Of a stretch of DNA of 8,162 nucleotides, positions 1 through 5,811 are shown in pieces. The position numbers were made by a program, and so were the translations under genes. The stretch covers positions 1 through 8,162 of IMG/VR virus record IMGVR_UViG_2671180770_000010; one strand, written 5' to 3'. The DNA comes from a virus. Lineage: Duplodnaviria > Heunggongvirae > Uroviricota > Caudoviricetes. The notes under the pieces are model-generated. The model was not told the origin of the DNA. It ran no database searches and was given only the letters and a program-made list of their open reading frames with translations. Numbering within the stretch: the first letter of the stretch is position 1; the number at the start of each line of letters is the position of its first letter.

Positions 1-40
1 GTTGACGAAGACGATTCAGATTTTCTTCTTTTGTTGCCAT
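1..40 (-). CDS. 5' end of a lambda gpFI-like DNA-packaging protein gene (partial, runs off the window)
   Basis: Minus-strand ATG at 38-40 with GGAGG at 46-50 upstream. The 13 translated residues MATKEENLNRLRQ resemble the lambda FI N-terminus as I recall it. It lies directly downstream of a capsid gene and terminator, as in lambda E-FI. Only 13 codons are visible. Confidence 0.4.
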   Translation of the reverse strand, partial: MATKEENLNRLRQ

Positions 41-54
41 CTCAGCCTCCTGTG

Positions 55-83
55 AAAAAAGACACGGGGGCATTTCGCCCCCG
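55..83 (-). terminator. Rho-independent terminator after the truncated capsid gene
   Basis: On the minus strand, stem CGGGGGC, loop GAAAT, stem GCCCCCG, then TGTC and a T6 run. It begins 8 nt after the stop at 92-94. Confidence 0.6.
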
Positions 84-91
84 CTCACGGA

Positions 92-883
92 TTATTTCAC
101 CTGCACCACCACAAACTCATCCGGATCCGGCAGCACCATCAGCGGTGCGGACTGCGTCATGGTGAATTCACGGGCCGGATCGCCCACAGTCAGCCAGTGT
201 TTCGGATAACGGGAAGAGGCCACCACACCTTCGGACAACGCCTGCGCATCCTGAATGGCACCATAGCAACGAATGCCCTCTGCTGCCGTATTCCCCAGGA
301 CCAGTGTGCCCACCGGCAGATAACGTTTTTCGGTACCGTCGTCTGCCACATAAGACGTTTTCGCCACCACAATGGCCAGATCACCGTAATACCCTTTGAA
401 AGACACCACCGCTCCCAGGTCTTTCACTGCCGTTTCGAGTTGTGAATTTGAGCCGCGACGGGTATCCAGTTTTTCGCGGAACAGCTTAAAGCCATTCAGC
501 AGACGCCAGACCGTACCGTCCATAATGGCAATATTTACAAGACCGCTGGCCTGATCGCAGTAAAGGTCAATATCATGCGTCGGATCAAACGTATCACGGT
601 CCTGCTCAGACCATTTTTTACCGTCGGCCTGCTCAATGTTATTTCCTTCAGAGCGTCCGAAATCCACCTCGACCGTGTCAAACTGTTCCCCTTCCATGGT
701 GTATTTGCCATACAGCACGGCATTCACCGCCTGCATTTCTTCCACCTGGACAATGGCGTGCTCTTCCTGTTTGAGGTTATCGGTAATGATACGCAGACGA
801 CGGTAGGCCGGGTCGTTCAGCTGAGCCGGATCTTCACCAGGAAGGCGCTCAACCGCCTGCTGGTAATTAAATTCGTGTTTGGG
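92..883 (-). pseudogene. N-terminally truncated lambda gpE-family major capsid protein (roughly residues 80-341 retained)
   Basis: The translation carries gpE-like blocks (VEEMQAV, KLDTRRGSNS.LETAVKDLG, GDPAREFTM.QSAPLM, PDEFV.VQ). Hand translation upstream of the listed start shows the homology continuing to 883 (PKHEFNYQQAVERLPGEDPAQLNDPAYRRLRII). It then ends at an in-frame TAA at 884-886 with no start codon. Candidate internal starts are GTG 743-745 and ATG 734-736. Confidence 0.8.
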
Positions 884-1019
884 TTACATGAGTCAAATAT
901 GAAAGGATGTGAATGATTTGATTACGTTTTAGCTATAGAATTGAAATGGAAAATCCTTGAATGCAATACAACGTGCAATACATGGATGAAAACCATCACT
1001 CATTTAACAAGAGGAATCT

Positions 1020-1925
1020 ATGCGCTCACCCAACAGAATGCATGAACGCTCAACATTTTATAAGTATATGTCGTTGAATACCGCGAAGATTGTTCTTGAT
1101 TCATGCAGCCTTAGATGGAGTTCTCCGGTCCTATTTAATGACCCTTTTGATGTTCCAAGAGAAGTTATGCCTGGTATTAACGAAATTAATATTGGCAAAG
1201 CTTTAGCCCGCAAGTTAATAGCGGAGTTGATTACCCCCAGAGAAGACATACAAAATTTAAATCCTAGAATTAGAACAATGCTAAGTGATTTCCAAAAGTC
1301 ATTTCCTTTAGGCATACCCGCAGGATTAATTGAAAGATTTCAAGAAATGGTAAACATTCCACCAGTTGGGATTGGCGCTCCTGCGGCAATACAAGAAATG
1401 AAAGATGTCTGGCGAGGAATGCTTAATAACAGAAGGATTTTGTGTTTATCTGAGAGCCCTATAATCACTCCTATGTGGAATCACTATGCCGATAAATATA
1501 AAGGTATAGTTATCGAATTTGATTGTGTAGACTTTCTGGATAGCGCTTGGTTAATAGCCAAACCTATGAAATACACAGATGAAATGCCTCTAACTCACAC
1601 TGCTGAAGGGATGGCCGAGTTGCTTTTCATGCCAGACAATAAGTCAATTGAATATATCAATAATGAGATAATATTCATAAAAACAGAAGAATGGGCATAT
1701 GAAAGAGAGTGGAGAATTTCAACCTACGCTAGGCCAAATAGCACTGGTCAATATAGCGACTTAAAATTTCACCCTTTTGAGTTAAAATCTGTAATACTTG
1801 GTCCTCTTTTTGATGCCAGCGAGTTCGATGAAGTCGCATCACTAGTTAAGATGTATCCAAGAGCGAAATTATTTAAAAGTTCATTTGGGAACGACAGAAA
1901 AATATCCATAGTACCACTACCTTAA
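1020..1925 (+). CDS. Hypothetical 301-aa protein, DUF2971-like (tentative family assignment); candidate accessory or anti-phage cargo gene
   Basis: Long ORF with AGAGGA 5 nt before the ATG. It is strongly AT-rich compared with its flanks and is convergent with the neighbouring phage genes. Motifs YKY..L......L......SP.LFNDPFD, LCLSE and W.HYAD.YKG..IEFD match my recollection of DUF2971. Confidence 0.7.
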   Translation: MRSPNRMHERSTFYKYMSLNTAKIVLDSCSLRWSSPVLFNDPFDVPREVMPGINEINIGKALARKLIAELITPREDIQNLNPRIRTMLSDFQKSFPLGIPAGLIERFQEMVNIPPVGIGAPAAIQEMKDVWRGMLNNRRILCLSESPIITPMWNHYADKYKGIVIEFDCVDFLDSAWLIAKPMKYTDEMPLTHTAEGMAELLFMPDNKSIEYINNEIIFIKTEEWAYEREWRISTYARPNSTGQYSDLKFHPFELKSVILGPLFDASEFDEVASLVKMYPRAKLFKSSFGNDRKISIVPLP

Positions 1926-1956
1926 AAGGTCAAATGCTTTTGACAAATAAAATCTA

Positions 1957-1980
1957 TCGCCAGTTTTACTGGCGACTTTT
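1957..1980 (+). terminator. Rho-independent terminator downstream of the 301-aa gene
   Basis: Stem TCGCCAGT (1957-1964), loop TTT, stem ACTGGCGA (1968-1975), then CTTTT. It sits between the two convergent genes. Confidence 0.5.
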
Positions 1981-2031
1981 AAGCAACAAAGAACCACCTA
2001 AGCACTCTTCCTACCTATGGTTTCATTTGTT

Positions 2032-2583
2032 TTAACTTCGCTGATTATCCTTGATATACCTTTCAGCCATATCTGGAATGTTATCTGAGATCTGGTAAGC
2101 TCGAATAAATGCTTTACTGACCTCCATCTTAATGAAGTCCTGATACCGTTTTTCCATGCCAGGAAACTGTCGACAGATCGCAAGTGGAAGACTATCAATG
2201 ATTGCTCCAACTTCCCCAGTTAATTTCGACAAGGCATAAGTCGCAAATGCAGTGTCAATTACCTCACCTGTTTCGCTGGCATTCTTCAGTTCCTGTGCGT
2301 CGGCCTGCGCACGCGTAAGTCGATGGCGTTCATACTCAATAGTCCCTGGCAGGAGATCTGCCTCGCTGGCCTGCCGCAGTTCTTCAACCTCCCGGCGCAG
2401 CTTTTCGTTCTCAATTTCAGCATCCCTTTCGGCATACCATTTTATGACGGCGGCAGAGTCATAAAGCACCTCATTACCCTTGCCACCGCCTCGCAGAACG
2501 GGCATTCCCTGCTCCTGCCAGTTCTGAATGGTACGGATACTCGCACCGAAAATGTCAGCCAGCTGCTTTTTGTTGGCTTCCAT
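2032..2583 (-). CDS. Terminase small subunit, lambda Nu1 family (mosaic, divergent C-terminal part)
   Basis: The first ~103 residues are almost identical to lambda Nu1 as recalled (MEANKKQLADIFGASIRTIQNWQEQGMPVLRGGGKGNEVLYDSAAVIKWYAERDAEIENEKLRREVEELRQASEADL...). The remainder is recognisably related but divergent and AT-rich. A lambda-like cos lies immediately upstream and the length (183 aa) matches Nu1 (181 aa). Confidence 0.9.
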   Translation of the reverse strand: MEANKKQLADIFGASIRTIQNWQEQGMPVLRGGGKGNEVLYDSAAVIKWYAERDAEIENEKLRREVEELRQASEADLLPGTIEYERHRLTRAQADAQELKNASETGEVIDTAFATYALSKLTGEVGAIIDSLPLAICRQFPGMEKRYQDFIKMEVSKAFIRAYQISDNIPDMAERYIKDNQRS

Positions 2584-2610
2584 TGTTCATTCCACGGACA
2601 AAACCAGAGA

Positions 2611-2800
2611 AAGGAAACGACAGAGGCCAAAAAGCCTGTTTTTAGCACCTGTCGTTTCCTTTCTTTTTAGGGGGTGTTTTTAATAAAAACATTAAGTTAC
2701 GGCGAAGAAGAACGGAAACGCCTTAAACAGGAAAATTTTCACAAATAGCGAAAAACTGCGCGCCTGACGCCCCGTAACGTTCTGGATCACCGGAAAGGAC
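2611..2800 (-). other. Lambda-type cos site: conserved cosB (about 2611-2758), variant cosN (2761-2772), cosQ-like flank (about 2779-2800)
   Basis: The minus-strand sequence GTTACG-GGGCGTCAGGCG-CGCAGTTTTTCGCTATTTGTGAAAATTTTCCTGTTTAAGGCGTTTCCGTTCTTCTTCG...GAAAGGAAACGACAGGTGCT...CTGTCGTTTCCTTTC...GTGGAATGAACAATG parallels the lambda cos/Nu1 leader as I recall it. The 12-nt cosN equivalent is GGGCGTCAGGCG against lambda GGGCGGCGACCT. Confidence 0.7.
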
Positions 2801-2828
2801 CCGCCAGCCAGAGCGGGCCCTAATTTCA

Positions 2829-3212
2829 TCAACCAATCAGCTTATAGCGACCATCCCGTGCATTGCGGCGTACACGCTCAATCTTGAGGCATAGCGCCGC
2901 ATCTGGCTTTTTTGGGACAGGTACGCGGCAATATTCAGAAGCGCGAGGAATATTATTTATCCAGTCGATCACTTCACTTAAATACCAGGCCTTACGCCCT
3001 TCCGTAACCTGCACACGCTCCGGGAACTCTCCACTAGCCTCAAGGTTTAGCAGTGTACGACGACTCAGGGTTGTAATTTCCATCACCTGATTCATATCAA
3101 CAAGGCGCTCGCTTAAACACATTTTGTCAGCGATAGCTTTTAATTCCTCTACAGCTGGATTCGGGTACATCATTTCGGCAATTGGCTTAAGGTCATTGTA
3201 ATCATTCTGCAT
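2829..3212 (-). CDS. AlpA/Xis-like HTH DNA-binding protein (127 aa), last gene of the capsid operon and adjacent to cos
   Basis: The C-terminal segment EITTLSRRTLLNLEASGEFPERVQVTEGRKAWYLSEVIDWI fits the AlpA-family MerR-like HTH pattern. The start ATG at 3210-3212 follows AGGGGGA, just after the upstream gene's TAA. Confidence 0.6.
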   Translation of the reverse strand: MQNDYNDLKPIAEMMYPNPAVEELKAIADKMCLSERLVDMNQVMEITTLSRRTLLNLEASGEFPERVQVTEGRKAWYLSEVIDWINNIPRASEYCRVPVPKKPDAALCLKIERVRRNARDGRYKLIG

Positions 3213-3223
3213 TGTATCCCCCT

Positions 3224-3565
3224 TTACACACGAGCCAGCGGCTGAACAGAAATACCTGAGCCAACAAACGCTGCAACCTTTACTGACAGTTCTTTAACAG
3301 ACTCAGGCCAGTTCAGAGCATCAACATTTAAGACACCTGTCTTATAGACCTGAGCCTGTGTTTTTTTCGCGGTGTCGATTTGTACAGCGGAAACATAAAC
3401 CGCTTTACCTACGCTCGAACCATCCCATACTACCAGTGCACCTGTTGCATCTTCCTGCATCAGTGGCGTAAATGCAGGAATTACCCCTTTATTAGCTGAA
3501 AATATCCCCAGCGTAGTCACCAGTGCTTCAGTGCCAGCCATGAGTTCAGTGTAATGAGTAGCCAT
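3224..3565 (-). CDS. Head decoration protein, lambda gpD family
   Basis: 113 aa against lambda D at 110 aa. Shared blocks include TPLMQEDATGALVVWDG (lambda TPLMLDTSSRKLVAWDG), YKTGVLNVDALNWPES (lambda YKSGTFRYEDVLWPEA) and AFVGSGISVQ (lambda AFAGTAISIV). A GGGGGAG ribosome-binding site sits between the upstream stop and the ATG. Confidence 0.8.
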   Translation of the reverse strand: MATHYTELMAGTEALVTTLGIFSANKGVIPAFTPLMQEDATGALVVWDGSSVGKAVYVSAVQIDTAKKTQAQVYKTGVLNVDALNWPESVKELSVKVAAFVGSGISVQPLARV

Positions 3566-3574
3566 TGCTCCCCC

Positions 3575-4615
3575 TTAGCCAATGCGAACGGTAACAAAAC
3601 GATTGATGCGGGCCGGTATTGGCTGTGGTGCTGAATGTGTCTGCACATATTCAATAGCCGGATCACCAGGCACAATATAGTTTTTCGGTGCAAGTTCGGC
3701 TTTAGTCAGCCCCATTCGGATTAGCTCCGGATCCTGAATACCGCCATAGGCGACAATCCCCTGAAGAGCCGTATTGCCAAGCACCATCAAATCAGGATCA
3801 AGGAAATGTTTTTCTGTTCCGTCCTCGTCGGTATAACGCCCGCTGTAAACAACAATCGCAACATCGCCCATATACCCTTTAAAACTCACCGAATCACCAA
3901 GGTCTTTAAGGGCCGTTTCCAGTTCGGAATTAGAACCACGACGGGTATCCAGAGCCTCTTTTATAGCTCTGAATGAACGGTATTTCTTCCATACATTACC
4001 GCCCATAATGATAATATTAGTGACGCCCTCACTAAATTCTGTGTAGCTCTCAATATCATCATTTGGATCAAAAGTTTCTTTATCCTTACCTGACCACTCA
4101 GCACCGCCAGACTGAGTGATGATATTTTGTGGTTTAATATTCCAGTCCAGCTCATAACGTTCAATACCATCGCCCTCAATGATATTTTTCCCCGTTGTGA
4201 TTGCCTGAACAGCAAGCCATTCAATACGTGCACGAATAGCTTTAGCTTGATTTACAATCGCCTGTTTAACTTTAATATTACGCGCCCCAAAAGCATTGTA
4301 TTGCTCAGGTGATACACCAGCAGGGCGCACAGCTAACTTATTTGGATCAATGCTGCTTTTCGGCTTCATATAGCCTGGACGAATTGTTTTTGATTCGTAC
4401 CCTTCGTCACGTGAAACTTTACTACCCACCATAGGAGAACAAAACGCTGCAATTGGGATATTTGGATCGTCGATTGTATCAAGAATAATATCGCGCGATT
4501 CAAACATTACCGAGCGAGTAAAAAACAAACTGGTAAACAACGCATTTAGTTGTTTTTGTACATCTACAGCATTAACCACCTGTACAAGCTGAGTAGGCGA
4601 ATATAAATCAACCAT
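3575..4615 (-). CDS. Major capsid protein, lambda gpE family (complete, 346 aa)
   Basis: gpE-like blocks run the full length (LYSPTQL..., RPGYMKPK, ITQSGGAEWS, DTRRGSNSELETALKDLG, GDPA.E). I moved the start to the ATG at 4613-4615, which has AAGAGG 6 nt upstream. The 404-aa ORF in the track is an upstream over-extension. Confidence 0.85.
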   Translation of the reverse strand: MVDLYSPTQLVQVVNAVDVQKQLNALFTSLFFTRSVMFESRDIILDTIDDPNIPIAAFCSPMVGSKVSRDEGYESKTIRPGYMKPKSSIDPNKLAVRPAGVSPEQYNAFGARNIKVKQAIVNQAKAIRARIEWLAVQAITTGKNIIEGDGIERYELDWNIKPQNIITQSGGAEWSGKDKETFDPNDDIESYTEFSEGVTNIIIMGGNVWKKYRSFRAIKEALDTRRGSNSELETALKDLGDSVSFKGYMGDVAIVVYSGRYTDEDGTEKHFLDPDLMVLGNTALQGIVAYGGIQDPELIRMGLTKAELAPKNYIVPGDPAIEYVQTHSAPQPIPARINRFVTVRIG

Positions 4616-4789
4616 ACGCATCCTCTTTGCATTCATTAAAAATAATTGTGGATATATGCTATCACCGATATTTGTCATGCGAACACATGCAACCGAGTGC
4701 AATGTTGTATAAAGTTTTGGGGTGACAACTTCAGTGCGGACAATTAGTGTTAATATCTTCACTCCCTTTGGTCGGGATTTATGTAGCAT

Positions 4790-4821
4790 GCCGGAAAATT
4801 TATTTTTTCCGGCCTTTTTTT
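4790..4821 (+). terminator. Plus-strand intrinsic-terminator-like hairpin between the SSB and capsid genes
   Basis: Stem GCCGGAAAA (4790-4798), loop TTTATT, stem TTTTCCGGC (4805-4813), then C and a T7 run. The T-run follows the hairpin only on the plus strand, which is antisense to the surrounding genes. Confidence 0.4.
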
Positions 4822-4832
4822 ATTGGCAATAT

Positions 4833-5282
4833 TTAAAACGGGATATCATCTCCCCATTGCTCATTATCTCCCACTGGTGGCTGGCTTCCTTGCTGATCTG
4901 CCTGTTGTTTTGCTCTGTTCAGTGCGTCAGTAGCCTGCCCCTGTTGGCCTTTTTTGCCGCCCGGTCGCACCGATCGCGCACTGATTACGCTGTCTGCGAT
5001 AACCTGCCAGCCCTGCCGCGTTTCGCCGTTCTGTCCAGTCCACTGGCTCATCTGCATGTTACCCGCCACGCTTAGGAGTTCGCCTTTGTGATGCTTTGCC
5101 AGCGCGTCGGCTTGTCTGCCAAACGCCAGGACAGATAACCACATCGTCGCCTGACCGTCATCCGACTGACTGCAGGGCAGTGATACCGCCATACGCGCCA
5201 GCGTCATGGGGGTGCCCTTGCTGGTCTGTTTTGTCTGCGGGTCGTCCACCAACCGCCCGTAAACTGATATTTGCGCCGTCAT
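4833..5282 (-). CDS. Single-stranded DNA-binding protein (SSB family), 149 aa
   Basis: OB-fold-like N-terminal region (ISVYGRLVDDPQ...TKQTSKGTPMT..., WLSVLAFGRQAD), a Gly/Gln-rich linker and the canonical acidic tail DDIPF. Its ATG overlaps the upstream gene's TGA as ATGA at 5279-5282. Confidence 0.8.
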   Translation of the reverse strand: MTAQISVYGRLVDDPQTKQTSKGTPMTLARMAVSLPCSQSDDGQATMWLSVLAFGRQADALAKHHKGELLSVAGNMQMSQWTGQNGETRQGWQVIADSVISARSVRPGGKKGQQGQATDALNRAKQQADQQGSQPPVGDNEQWGDDIPF

Positions 5283-5524
5283 GCTGCCTGCTCTCCGGAC
5301 TTAATATTGATTGTTGTCACTTCCTCCGCTTCAGCAATCTCCCGTTCGGTCAGAGTGGCAAAATTTGCAGCCGCCGTTGTCATGAATGCGCTAATCAGTT
5401 CGGGATGTGCTTTCGCGTATCCTTCCCCGGCGTTGCGGTCGATGATTTTTATCGACACCCTTAACCAGTGTTCCGTCAAATCAAGGGCGTGCGATTGTGA
5501 TTTTTTTGTGTGCTTCGCTGTCAT
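5279..5524 (-). CDS. Hypothetical 81-aa protein, translationally coupled to the SSB gene
   Basis: ORF sits directly downstream of the iteron region and overlaps the SSB start by ATGA. I do not recognise a family. Confidence 0.5.
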   Translation of the reverse strand: MTAKHTKKSQSHALDLTEHWLRVSIKIIDRNAGEGYAKAHPELISAFMTTAAANFATLTEREIAEAEEVTTINIKSGEQAA

Positions 5525-5570
5525 AGGCTTTATCTCACAGCAGTAAATTAAAATTTTTGCGTTTTAACCC

Positions 5571-5798
5571 TTCACCTGTTCACCTTTTGATATTTTCTCT
5601 TTTAATTCATAATGTTAATGGGTGAACAGTTTCACAAAAACTATTCACCAACTGTTCACCACTGTTCACCCTTGAAGCTCAATAAACAATCAAAAAGGTG
5701 AACAGTGAATAGTTTGGTGAACAGTTCATAAATAACTGTTCACCCTATAATATACTGATATAAAAGATATTTATGACAGGGTGAACAGTGGTGAACAG
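5571..5798. repeat. Iteron array (P4 ori/crr-type TGTTCACC repeats); putative replication origin
   Basis: About ten copies of CTGTTCACC or its complement GGTGAACAG in both orientations (5576-5584, 5621-5629, 5652-5660, 5662-5670, 5697-5705, 5716-5724, 5736-5744, 5780-5788, 5790-5798, plus degenerate copies). An AT-rich stretch lies at 5745-5779. The array is adjacent to the primase gene. Confidence 0.75.
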
Positions 5799-5811
5799 TT
5801 ATTCCATAAGT

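Noticed and set aside
197-916. Plus-strand ORFs 197..445 and 575..916
   Set aside because: They run antisense to the strongly supported capsid-homologous frame. They are Arg/His-rich shadow ORFs with no ribosome-binding sites.
1058-1315. Minus-strand ORF 1058..1315
   Set aside because: It lies antisense inside the 301-aa plus-strand gene, which has a ribosome-binding site, a terminator and family-like motifs.
2611-2664. Inverted repeat AAAGGAAACGACAG...CTGTCGTTTCCTTT as a possible rho-independent terminator
   Set aside because: It matches the conserved lambda cosB/Nu1 leader element and lies upstream of the Nu1 start, not after a gene.
2252-2670. Plus-strand ORFs 2252..2464 and 2323..2670, and minus-strand ORFs 2442..2648 and 1998..2210
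   Set aside because: They overlap the Nu1-like gene or the cos region in alternative frames. The Nu1 frame is supported by near-identity to lambda.
3961-4312. ORFs 3961..4233 (-) and 4127..4312 (+) inside the capsid gene
   Set aside because: They are alternative-frame or antisense ORFs within a gene whose reading frame is supported by homology along its length.
4616-4789. N-terminal 58 codons of the 404-aa ORF listed in the track (3575..4789)
   Set aside because: Capsid homology begins at MVDLYSPTQL. The ATG at 4613-4615 has an AAGAGG ribosome-binding site at ideal spacing and gives a 346-aa protein matching lambda gpE length. The upstream extension has no homology and crosses a hairpin.
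4722-5546. Plus-strand ORFs 4722..5075, 5096..5464 and 5271..5546
   Set aside because: They run antisense to the SSB-like gene and orf81. The SSB frame is supported by its OB-fold motifs and DDIPF tail.
5571-5798. Possible CRISPR array
   Set aside because: The repeats are only 9 bp, occur in both orientations, have irregular spacing and match the P4-type iteron TGTTCACC. No repeat-spacer periodicity is present.
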